Below are positions 18,165 to 26,226 of a stretch of 36,278 bases of DNA, piece by piece (the stretch's first letter is position 1; every line of letters starts with the position of its first letter). The DNA lies in NCBI GenBank assembly GCA_030615855.1, contig JAUWYL010000013.1:1-36278 (forward strand), written 5' to 3'. The position numbers and the translations under genes were made by a program. This DNA is from a bacterium (GTDB taxonomy: Bacteria; UBP18; UBA7526). The notes under the pieces were generated by a model. It had not been told where the DNA came from. It saw only the letters and a list, made by a program, of their open reading frames with translations, and made no database searches.

Positions 18165-19196
18165 ATGGTGAAAAGGATTGGAATACTGAATGGAGGAGGA
18201 GACTGCCCGGGATTGAACCCGGCCATAAGAGGAGTTGTAGCAAGAGCATTAGACTATGGTTTCGAGGTCATTGGAATATTGGAGGGGTATAAGGGACTCA
18301 TTGAAGGAAAAAGTAAGCCTTTGAAACTAAAGGATGTGGAAGAAATCATCGGTAAGGGGGGAACCATATTAGGAACCTCAAGGGTCAACCCCTTCAAGGA
18401 GAAGAGGGGGGTAGCGAGGTCCTTAAAGAACATTATGAGACTTAAACTCCATGGACTTATTGTCATGGGTGGTGAGGATACCTTAGGAGTGGCAAATAGA
18501 TTACATAAAGAATGTAAGGTAAAGGTAGTGGGCGTTCCCAAGACCATGGACAATGACCTATCTGCCACAGACTATACCTTCGGCTTTGACACCTCAGTGA
18601 CCATTGCGGTCGATGCTGCGGAAAGATTAAGGGATACTGGAAGATCTCATCGGAGGATAATGATCCTGGAAGTCATGGGAAGGCATGCCGGCTGGGTGGC
18701 CCTCTTCACTGGCATGGCTTCCGGCGCGGACTGGATTCTCATTCCAGAGGAGAGAGTAGATATCGATAAGATGTGTAAGCACTTAAAGAAAGTTCATAAG
18801 AGAAAGAACTATGCCTTAGTGGTAACCTCTGAGGGAATAAAGATTCCCGGAATGGGGGTGGCAAAGGAGAAATTAGACCAGTTCGGTCATATGATATTGA
18901 GGAAGAGGGGAGTGGGAGAGGATCTGGCAACCATAATCAAGGAGAAGACCGGGCTCGAAACCCGGGCATCGGTCATCGGTCACATCCAGAGAGGAGGGCC
19001 CCCCACCCTATTTGATAGGATGCTGGGAACGAGGTGCGGGGTAAAGGCAGCCGATTTAGTGGCTAAGGAAAAGTTTGGAAGGATGGTTGCTTTAAGAGGA
19101 AATGAGATAATCGATGTTCCTCTATCAAAAGCAGTAGCCCAGTTAAAGACCGTTGATAAGAAGTGGCGGGACTTAGCAAAAGTCTTCTTTAAGTAA
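18165..19196 (+). CDS. pfkA: Phosphofructokinase (PfkA family, group III-like, possibly PPi-dependent)
   Basis: GGGDCPGLN, GGTILGTSR, GGEDT, PKTMDND, EVMGRHAG, GHIQRGG. Confidence 0.92.
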   Translation: MVKRIGILNGGGDCPGLNPAIRGVVARALDYGFEVIGILEGYKGLIEGKSKPLKLKDVEEIIGKGGTILGTSRVNPFKEKRGVARSLKNIMRLKLHGLIVMGGEDTLGVANRLHKECKVKVVGVPKTMDNDLSATDYTFGFDTSVTIAVDAAERLRDTGRSHRRIMILEVMGRHAGWVALFTGMASGADWILIPEERVDIDKMCKHLKKVHKRKNYALVVTSEGIKIPGMGVAKEKLDQFGHMILRKRGVGEDLATIIKEKTGLETRASVIGHIQRGGPPTLFDRMLGTRCGVKAADLVAKEKFGRMVALRGNEIIDVPLSKAVAQLKTVDKKWRDLAKVFFK

Positions 19197-19218
19197 GACG
19201 CGAATAAAACGAAGCAGT

Positions 19219-19305
19219 GCCGAAGTGGCGGAATTGGTAGACGCACACGACTCAAAATCGTGTGGCCGTAAGGCCGTGTGGGTTCAACTCCCTCCTTCGG
19301 CACCA
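19219..19305 (+). tRNA. tRNA-Leu (anticodon CAA)
   Basis: Acceptor GCCGAAG/CTTCGGC, anticodon arm CACGA-CTCAAAA-TCGTG, long variable arm, GGTTCAA T-arm, encoded CCA. Confidence 0.96.
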
Positions 19306-19323
19306 AATTTTTAGGAGAAATAT

Positions 19324-20730
19324 TTGATTAACCGATTAGTTAAAAAACATAGGAAACTTATTTTTTTCATTGTCATTCTTTTCATCCTCTTTTTGATTCC
19401 TACCTCTAGATTAAAGCCCATTGATGGAGTAACTGGCTTGCCTTTGGAAGGATATAAGATAAAGATTCCTGCGACCGCCTATATCCTTGAGCCCTTTGTA
19501 GGAGTCTCCCAGTACTTCTGGCGCTTCACAGACTTCAGATTCCAGACCCTTTCCTGGCTGGTCTGGATAATCGTTCTATATCTTTTTTTCAACTTAAAAA
19601 GGAAAATTAATATTTCTGAAAGGTTAAAGGGGCTATTTAAAGTCCTCATATCCTTTGTTTTAGTCTGTTTTTTTATTACCTTGGTGCCTCTACCAAAGTA
19701 TAGTCTGCAACCAGAGAATCCTAAAGAAATTTTGATCGATCTCCATAGTCACACCACTTGTTCCCATGAGGGGATCGCTTCCCCAGAAGAGAATATCAGA
19801 TGGCACCTGGCTCATGGTTTCGATGCTTGGGCGATTACTGATCATCCTCGAACATTAGAAGGAGCAAGGAGAGCAAAAGAGATAGCTAAAGAAAAGTATC
19901 CTCAAGCAGTGATCATTACTGGGCAGGAAATAAAGTGCTATACGGGAAAACAAGGAGAAAACTTTCTCCTTTTAGGAATTGATGAGGTTATAGATGAACG
20001 GAAATACGGTAGAGAGATCGCTAAGATTGCTAACTTAATTCATGAAAAATACAAAGGAGCGGTTATCGTCCCCCATTGGTGGAGGAAGAAATTCCATAAC
20101 TTAAAAAACTTGGCTGAGGCTGGAGTGGATGGGTTTGAGATCTATACTGCACGCGCCCTGGGGCCTGAAAGATCTATTCGAGAAGCAATCAAAGATGTCT
20201 GCCAGGGAAATAATCTCATCATGCTTGGGTCAAGCAACTGGCATGGCTGGGGAAGTGCCTCTCACATCTGGACCTCAACCCATATAGCGGATTGGCCCAA
20301 GCTGAATAAGGATGAGAGGGAAGAAGCGATACTCAAGGCTCTACGCGATAGAAAAGCAGATCAATTTAGGGTGATTCTCTATAATAGGGTTGAGCCTCAG
20401 AATAGAATGAGGTATCTCTTCGAGCCTTTCATTGGTTCATTCTACTATTTCTCCAGTTTAAATGGTTCCCAGTTCTTATCCTGGATTATTTGGTCAATCA
20501 TATTCTATTCCCTTTTGTGTCTCATTAGGGAAAGACCTATATTTTTAGATTTAACGGTAATTGGAATAGCCCTCTTCCTCTTCTCCAAAGGGATTACATT
20601 CTTGAATCTTTGGGTTCGTTACCTGGCGTATAATGAAATCCTCCTCATTTTAGGAAACATCCTCTTGTGTTTTGGAGCCTTCCTCCTTATTATAGCCATC
20701 CTTCCCCTTGTCCATAGGAAATTAAGATGA
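19324..20730 (+). CDS. Membrane protein with central PHP-family metallohydrolase domain
   Basis: DLHSH, AITDH, PHWW, DGFEIY, GSSNWHG motifs flanked by about 3 N-terminal and 3 C-terminal hydrophobic helices; TTG start uncertain. Confidence 0.75.
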   Translation: MINRLVKKHRKLIFFIVILFILFLIPTSRLKPIDGVTGLPLEGYKIKIPATAYILEPFVGVSQYFWRFTDFRFQTLSWLVWIIVLYLFFNLKRKINISERLKGLFKVLISFVLVCFFITLVPLPKYSLQPENPKEILIDLHSHTTCSHEGIASPEENIRWHLAHGFDAWAITDHPRTLEGARRAKEIAKEKYPQAVIITGQEIKCYTGKQGENFLLLGIDEVIDERKYGREIAKIANLIHEKYKGAVIVPHWWRKKFHNLKNLAEAGVDGFEIYTARALGPERSIREAIKDVCQGNNLIMLGSSNWHGWGSASHIWTSTHIADWPKLNKDEREEAILKALRDRKADQFRVILYNRVEPQNRMRYLFEPFIGSFYYFSSLNGSQFLSWIIWSIIFYSLLCLIRERPIFLDLTVIGIALFLFSKGITFLNLWVRYLAYNEILLILGNILLCFGAFLLIIAILPLVHRKLR

Positions 20731-21569
20731 GGTTTGGGGCTCACATCTCCATTGCGGGTAAGATATATCAGGTGGCAGAGAGGGCCAAAAGGATAGGCTG
20801 CAATACTGCCCAGATCTTCTCTCGAAACCCAAGGGGATGGCAACTCAAAGAACTCCTTTCCGATGAAGCAAAGAGACTGAAGGATGATTTAGAAAGATTT
20901 GACATCCATCCCCTCATCGTTCATATGCCCTATCTTCCCAACCTGGCCTCTCCTAAAATTGGATTATATCTTAAATCAGTCAATGCCTTAGAAGAAGACT
21001 TAAGAAGATCCGAGGTCTTGGGAGCGCCTTATCTCGTTACTCATATCGGAAGCTTTTCCGACCTTTCCAGCCGGAAAGAGGGATTAGAGAGGGTAATTGA
21101 GGGAATAAATACCGCTTTTAACAGGGTCAGAAACGATGTCATACTCTTACTGGAGAATACCGCAGGGGGAGGGAGAGAGTTGGGCAGCAGTTTCGAAGAG
21201 ATTGCAAAAATTATCAAAGATGTTAAAGAGAAGGAAAGGATCGGGATCTGTTTCGATACCTGCCATGGTTTTGCCAGTGGGTATGATTTTAGAACGAAGA
21301 AGGCAGTCTCTAAAACCTTGAGATTGTTTGACGATGTAATTGGTTTGAAGAAATTCAAGGTCATCCATGCCAACGACTCCAAAAGTCCTTTAGGTTCCCA
21401 TATCGATCGCCACTGGCACATTGGGAAGGGATATATTGGAGAGGAAGGGTTCCGGGCATTATTGCATCATCCAGCGATAATAAATCTACCAATCATTATT
21501 GAAACTCCTTTTAAAGAACCAGGGGATGATTTAAAGAACTTGGCCACTCTGCGAAGATTGGCCAGATAA
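20727..21569 (+). CDS. nfo: Endonuclease IV (AP endonuclease)
   Basis: GAHISIAG, HMPYLPNLAS, ENTAG, DTCH, HANDSK, DRHWHIG, IIETP. Confidence 0.95.
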   Translation: MRFGAHISIAGKIYQVAERAKRIGCNTAQIFSRNPRGWQLKELLSDEAKRLKDDLERFDIHPLIVHMPYLPNLASPKIGLYLKSVNALEEDLRRSEVLGAPYLVTHIGSFSDLSSRKEGLERVIEGINTAFNRVRNDVILLLENTAGGGRELGSSFEEIAKIIKDVKEKERIGICFDTCHGFASGYDFRTKKAVSKTLRLFDDVIGLKKFKVIHANDSKSPLGSHIDRHWHIGKGYIGEEGFRALLHHPAIINLPIIIETPFKEPGDDLKNLATLRRLAR

Positions 21570-21573
21570 TTAC

Positions 21574-21602
21574 TTGCAAAAGTCCAAATAATACGCTATA
21601 GT
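21574..21602 (+). promoter_or_regulatory. Putative sigma70-type promoter
   Basis: TTGCAA-17 bp-TATAGT; an additional TATAAT at 21602-21607. Confidence 0.4.
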
Positions 21603-21819
21603 ATAATAAAGTAACAAGGGATCTCAGTTTTGCGTCTTTAAGTTAAATTTTGCGTCTTTGCAGTTATAATGTCCGCAATGATTTCCGTCCGACCGCCTCT
21701 GGCGGACGGACAGGCGCGCTTGTAATTTATCCGTGACCATCCCTGTCTGCCGACAGGCAGGCGTGTTTTTAAACTAACGCAATAAGCGGTAAAAAGAAAT
21801 CCGTGTATAGGAGGGAGAG

Positions 21820-22173
21820 ATGGCAAAGAAGAAGATAGAAGGGATTCTGGAGAGGACGAAGAAGAGCCTCATTAAGGATTTGGAAGAGGCGAGGAAGAGG
21901 CTGGCGGAATTTAGGAAGAGGACCACCGCCCTGGCTAAGAAGGCGAAAGAAGGGGCGGAAAAGACAGCCAGGATTAGCAGGTTGAGACTGGAGATCGTTT
22001 CCTTGGTTCAGAGAAAGGATAGGAAACTAAAGGAGCTGGGGAAGAAGGCCTATCACCTGATTAAGAGCGGAAAGATCTCTGGAAAGGGTCTGAAATCCTT
22101 GAGTGAAGAGATAAGGAATCTGGAGACGAAGATCCGAAAGAAGGAGAAAGAGATCAAACAATTAAGAAAATAA
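21820..22173 (+). CDS. Hypothetical basic coiled-coil protein
   Basis: 117 aa, K/R/E-rich and helical-looking; GGAGGG SD upstream; no recognised family. Confidence 0.7.
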   Translation: MAKKKIEGILERTKKSLIKDLEEARKRLAEFRKRTTALAKKAKEGAEKTARISRLRLEIVSLVQRKDRKLKELGKKAYHLIKSGKISGKGLKSLSEEIRNLETKIRKKEKEIKQLRK

Positions 22174-22239
22174 GGACCTCCGATTTCATCGGAGAACCTT
22201 GTTTTATTGAAATTTCGATACCTTAAAATAGGTAATAGA

Positions 22240-22716
22240 ATGAATAGAAGGAGAGGCATAACCTTGATCGAACTCATGGTAGTGGTAGTCATCGTGGGAC
22301 TAATAGCCGCTATTGCTTCAGTGAAGATCATCCCTCATCGCAAAGAGGAGGTAAGGGTCAAGGCAGCCAAGGCAGAGATGGATACCATAAGTATCTCTTT
22401 GGAGATGTATCGCTCAGATATCGGGTGTTTTCCTGAAACGGATTATCATCTTCGCGCTCTGATTGAGAACCCATTTCCAGTGGGAAGTAATGATTTCGAC
22501 AAATGGAATGGACCATATATAAAGTATAGAAGATTCGTTGTTAAGGGTTGTGGCTGTTTTAGACAAGAAACTATTTATCCTACTGATCCCTGGGGAAATG
22601 AATACGGCTACCAGAAAAACGCAGATGGCTCTTGTGATATCGTCTCTTATGGAAAGGATGGGGTATCAGGAGGAACGGGCTGGGATGAGGACATTGTAAG
22701 AACCTGCATTAAGTAA
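22240..22716 (+). CDS. Type II secretion major pseudopilin GspG-like protein
   Basis: Prepilin motif RRG|ITLIELMVV, WNGPY, DPWGNEY, DIVSYGKDGVSGG, DEDI. Confidence 0.85.
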   Translation: MNRRRGITLIELMVVVVIVGLIAAIASVKIIPHRKEEVRVKAAKAEMDTISISLEMYRSDIGCFPETDYHLRALIENPFPVGSNDFDKWNGPYIKYRRFVVKGCGCFRQETIYPTDPWGNEYGYQKNADGSCDIVSYGKDGVSGGTGWDEDIVRTCIK

Positions 22717-22731
22717 TAATTGACAAAAAGG

Positions 22732-22761
22732 AAAGGCCGTCCAAAAGGACGGCCTTTTTTT
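22732..22761. terminator. Bidirectional intrinsic terminator between convergent genes
   Basis: aaaggccgtcc-aaaa-ggacggccttt followed by a T run, A-rich on the other side. Confidence 0.85.
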
Positions 22762-22776
22762 ATTCCCTAATACTTA

Positions 22777-23766
22777 TTACTTTTTTCCCGCCTTTGGCGG
22801 TGGCTCTTTCTCTTTTTCCTTCTCCTTCTTCTCCTCGGCCTCCATCTCCTTTGTTGTTATCTTGGAGAGGGCGGTCAACCCCGCATAAGCACCTATATTC
22901 ATGGTATCTACTGCCGTAGAGGGAACGATCATGATGGTGGCCTTCTCCTTCAATCCCTCATAGAGCATATTCATGGCCCTGAGATGTAGGGCAGTAGGAT
23001 TGTTAGCATAGGTCTTTGCTGCATCTGCAAACTTACCGGCGATCAACCTTTCTGACTCTCCCAGTAGAACCCGGGCCTGCTTCTCTCTCTCTGCCTGGGC
23101 CTGCATGGACATGGCCTTCTGCAACTCCTGGGGAATGAGTACCTCTCGGATCTCCACCGACTGAACGGAGATCCCCCAGGGATCGCTTCGATCGTCGATC
23201 CTCTTCTTAAGATCGACATCCAGCCTCTCCCTTCCCACGAGCATCTCGGAGAGTGTGGTCTTTCCTATGGTGTCCCTTAAGGCGGTCTGGGAGGCCAGGG
23301 AGATGGCTGTTCTATAGTTCTCTACCTCAAGGGCAGCCTTCTCGGGATCGAAGACCTTCCAGAAGACGATGGCATCCACATCCACCGGAACATTATCCTT
23401 AGTCAGAGTCTGCTCTGCCCTGATATCCGTAGCCCAGACCCTGATATCTATCCAGTAGGGGGTGTTTTCCACAATGGGAACGACCCAGAAGAGTCCCGGT
23501 CCTTTCATGCGATGGAACTTCCCCAATTTTAAAATAATCACCCTCTCCCACTGGGAGGCGATCTTCAGAGCTGCTCCTACTAGAAAAGCGAGTAAAACAA
23601 AGGGAATGGCCCAGATAGGATTTTGAAAGTAGGAGCTTAATCCTATTCCAATCCCGGCAATAATAATGAAGAGTAACGTAGCTACTGGGTTTATCCTTCC
23701 TCCCTCTTTAGGAGCCATACGCAGCAGATCCTCCATCCTAACCATCTCTCTCCTCGGATATTCCAT
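22777..23766 (-). CDS. SPFH/band-7 (stomatin/slipin-like) membrane protein
   Basis: GPGLFWVVP, LTKDNVPVDVDA, QTALRDTIG, WGISVQSVEI, QAQAERE, ALHLR; AGGAGG SD on the minus strand. Confidence 0.92.
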   Translation of the reverse strand: MEYPRREMVRMEDLLRMAPKEGGRINPVATLLFIIIAGIGIGLSSYFQNPIWAIPFVLLAFLVGAALKIASQWERVIILKLGKFHRMKGPGLFWVVPIVENTPYWIDIRVWATDIRAEQTLTKDNVPVDVDAIVFWKVFDPEKAALEVENYRTAISLASQTALRDTIGKTTLSEMLVGRERLDVDLKKRIDDRSDPWGISVQSVEIREVLIPQELQKAMSMQAQAEREKQARVLLGESERLIAGKFADAAKTYANNPTALHLRAMNMLYEGLKEKATIMIVPSTAVDTMNIGAYAGLTALSKITTKEMEAEEKKEKEKEKEPPPKAGKK

Positions 23767-23780
23767 TTTTTTCCTCCTTA

Positions 23781-23883
23781 GACACGGATTTCTTTGTTCT
23801 GCTCACTATTTAGGATTAAATACACGGATAATTATGGATAAATCTGTGTCAATCCGTGCTGTTATCTGTGTGCATCCGTGTTA
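23781..23883. repeat. Inverted ACACGGAT / ATC(C/T)GTG arrays abutting the tRNA-Ala 3' end
   Basis: gacacggat...tacacggat vs atctgtgtcaatccgtgctgttatctgtgtgcatccgtg. Confidence 0.75.
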
Positions 23884-23959
<76 letters not shown>

Positions 23960-23972
23960 ATCCTTTATTCTC

Positions 23973-24001
23973 ATCTTATCCTATTTTTTTAGACTTGTCA
24001 A
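23973..24001 (-). promoter_or_regulatory. sigma70-type promoter for tRNA-Ala (and possibly the SPFH gene)
   Basis: Minus strand TTGACA-17 bp-TAAGAT. Confidence 0.7.
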
Positions 24002-24011
24002 GAAATACTTG

Positions 24012-24034
24012 CCCCGTTAAAAATCTTAACGGGG
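24012..24034. mobile_element. Minimal 23-bp member of the CCCCGTTA family
   Basis: ccccgttaa-aaatc-ttaacgggg flanked by a perfect CTTG direct repeat (24008-24011, 24035-24038). Confidence 0.7.
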
Positions 24035-24035
24035 C

Positions 24036-24064
24036 TTGACAAATAGAAAAGTTTGTTTTATCAT
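24036..24064 (+). promoter_or_regulatory. sigma70-type promoter for the DUF1284-like gene pair
   Basis: TTGACA-17 bp-TATCAT. Confidence 0.7.
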
Positions 24065-24097
24065 AATAGTTAACCAAAATTTAAAAGAGGTTAACAG

Positions 24098-24523
24098 ATG
24101 AGATTACGTTTCCACCACCTACTCTGCATCCTTGGCTTTCGAGGATTGGGGTACGATGAGAAGTTTATTAAAGGGATGGAGAGAATCATTCAGACGATAA
24201 AAGAAAATCTGGACTTAAAAATTAAGTTAGTAGAAGGATGTGATGATATCTGTCAAGCCTGTCCTTTTAATATTAATGGACTTTGCGAGAATGAAGCGGT
24301 AGGGGGCGAAGAAAGGGTCAGAGAAAGGGATAGGCAGGTAGCAGGAAGGCTGGATCTCAAAGCTGAGGATATATTGACTATAAAGGAAGTCCTGGATTCG
24401 GTAAAGAAGAAGATCAAGCCAGGTGATTTATCAGTTATCTGTAAGGATTGTCCCTGGCTAAAAATGGGATACTGTGAAGAAGGTCTTAAGAAGGTAGACA
24501 ATTTTCTAAAGGAGGAAGGATGA
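24098..24523 (+). CDS. DUF1284-like cysteine-rich putative metal-binding protein
   Basis: HHLLCxxxFxGxGY, DDICxxCP, CxxCxWxxxxxC pattern. Confidence 0.8.
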   Translation: MRLRFHHLLCILGFRGLGYDEKFIKGMERIIQTIKENLDLKIKLVEGCDDICQACPFNINGLCENEAVGGEERVRERDRQVAGRLDLKAEDILTIKEVLDSVKKKIKPGDLSVICKDCPWLKMGYCEEGLKKVDNFLKEEG

Positions 24524-25317
24524 AAAAAGGTTTAATACTTTTAGGTCTAATTGGTTCATTAATCTTTAGCTTTTCTACGCCAGGAGAGGCACGCCACACA
24601 AAGTATGGTGCGGGAGTGGTCTTGGATGATGCGGGAACAGAACCCAAGGGGACATTTGAGCTCACCATCCCCAAGGTAGTCTATAGTGGCTCACCTGGCT
24701 ATTATACCACCTCCATCTGGCTTGCTTTAACCTATGGGATAACAGATCATTTAGAAATGGTCATTGCCCCTGAGGTGCATGATGCCATATGGGGAAGGGA
24801 TAATAGTGGTAGCGACCATGACTTTGGGGATGTTGTCTGCGGGCTTAAGTATCAATTCTCAGAGGAAAGGGATAATCTACCATCCTTAGCAGCAAAGTAT
24901 TCTCTGAAAATCCCTACTAATACGGATAGCAAGGGTCTGACTACAGGAGAGGTTGATCATGCGCTCTATCTCATTGTGAGTAAAGGCCTAATTGGAGGGC
25001 AACTCAATCTCAATCTAGGCTATAAGTATGTTGGTAAACCAAATGATAAGACCTATTCCAACCAGGTGAGCTATGGAGCGGCTTATGTCTATCCCGTGAA
25101 GAAGGTTTCATTGGTCCTGGAATTAGTGGGGAAGACAAACTATAAGGAACCCCATCTCACAGTAAAGGAGAATACTCTGGATCTCTATGGTGGCTTTAAG
25201 TATGGCTTTACTCCCGCCCTCGGTATGAAGGCTTCCCTGGGCACCAGATTGAACCAGGCCTCACCAGATTATTTAGCCTTTCTTGCCTGCGCTTATTATT
25301 TCAGTATTAAAAATTAA
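24520..25317 (+). CDS. Putative outer-membrane beta-barrel (MetA-pathway/transporter-like) protein
   Basis: N-terminal signal peptide, YGITDHLE, FGDVVCGLKY, alternating amphipathic strands, aromatic residues near the C-terminus. Confidence 0.6.
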   Translation: MKKGLILLGLIGSLIFSFSTPGEARHTKYGAGVVLDDAGTEPKGTFELTIPKVVYSGSPGYYTTSIWLALTYGITDHLEMVIAPEVHDAIWGRDNSGSDHDFGDVVCGLKYQFSEERDNLPSLAAKYSLKIPTNTDSKGLTTGEVDHALYLIVSKGLIGGQLNLNLGYKYVGKPNDKTYSNQVSYGAAYVYPVKKVSLVLELVGKTNYKEPHLTVKENTLDLYGGFKYGFTPALGMKASLGTRLNQASPDYLAFLACAYYFSIKN

Positions 25318-25318
25318 C

Positions 25319-25347
25319 TTGAAATCAAAAATAATTTATGGTAGGAT
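25319..25347 (+). promoter_or_regulatory. Putative sigma70-type promoter for bioY
   Basis: TTGAAA-17 bp-TAGGAT with TG extension. Confidence 0.5.
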
Positions 25348-25366
25348 GTAATAGGAGGTACAAGAG

Positions 25367-25972
25367 ATGGTCGTTATTGAAAAAACATGGGGTAGTTTCT
25401 GGAGAATAGGAAAGCGGGAAGTAATTACTAATAGATTTAGTTGTGCCCTGGTTGGGATAGGTAGCTTCATCGCCTTCACTGCCTTAGGAGCCTTTGTTCG
25501 GATTCCCTTACCCTTTACCCCGGTTCCCATCACCCTGCAGACCTTCTTCGTTTTATTGGCCGGAGCCCTATTAGGCAAGAGGTTGGGGACCTTGAGCCAG
25601 TTGGGATACGTATTCCTTGGCAGTCTAGGTCTTCCCATCTTCGCCGGTGCTACAGGTGGCTTAATCCCCCTCTTTGGCCCTACAGGTGGCTATCTTTTAG
25701 GATTCATCCTTGCCGCCTATATAATTGGAAAGGTACTCAGCATTAGAGAGAAAGCCAGTTTTGGCTGGGTGGTTTTGGCCATGGCCATAGGCTCCTTAAT
25801 CATCTATCTCTTGGGCGCTATTCAGCTCGCTCTGTTCGCTCACCTGGGAGTCAGGAAGGCACTCTTTTTAGGGGTAGTCCCCTTCATCCCTGGAGATGCC
25901 TTAAAGTTATTTGCTGCTGCCAGCCTCTACTATAAACTTCAGCATCGGGCAAGTCACATCTTCCCTCGCTAA
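25367..25972 (+). CDS. bioY: Biotin transporter BioY (ECF S-component)
   Basis: PFTPVPITLQT, GLPIFAG, GPTGGYLLGF, PFIPGDALK. Confidence 0.93.
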   Translation: MVVIEKTWGSFWRIGKREVITNRFSCALVGIGSFIAFTALGAFVRIPLPFTPVPITLQTFFVLLAGALLGKRLGTLSQLGYVFLGSLGLPIFAGATGGLIPLFGPTGGYLLGFILAAYIIGKVLSIREKASFGWVVLAMAIGSLIIYLLGAIQLALFAHLGVRKALFLGVVPFIPGDALKLFAAASLYYKLQHRASHIFPR

Positions 25973-26176
25973 ACCATTTCTCTTACGCTCCAGTCAAACT
26001 CTTTGAGTCACTAAATAAAAAGAATCAAGATATCCCTAGAAATTTTGAGTTCCTAAGGTTTTGCCACAAATCTTGTCCGATCGGACACCATTTGTGGCAT
26101 TTTTATTTTGAGATATCAGAACTTCAATAAGCAAAAGACGGCGGAGAGCGAAGCGCGCCGTCATTTTGCCAAAAAT

Positions 26177-26205
26177 TTGCAAAAGGGTCTTATCTATGCT
26201 ATACT
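26177..26205 (+). promoter_or_regulatory. sigma70-type promoter for leuS
   Basis: TTGCAA-17 bp-TATACT with TG extension, 21 nt before the ATG. Confidence 0.65.
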
Positions 26206-26226
26206 AACTAAATTAATGGAGGCAGA

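Noticed and set aside
19306-23883. Integrated island between convergent tRNA-Leu and tRNA-Ala
   Set aside because: No integrase, no duplicated tRNA 3' end noticed, and the content includes the housekeeping gene nfo.
25973-26226. T-box riboswitch upstream of leuS
   Set aside because: No T-box antiterminator consensus seen, and a promoter-like sequence lies only 21 nt before the ATG, leaving no room for a leader.
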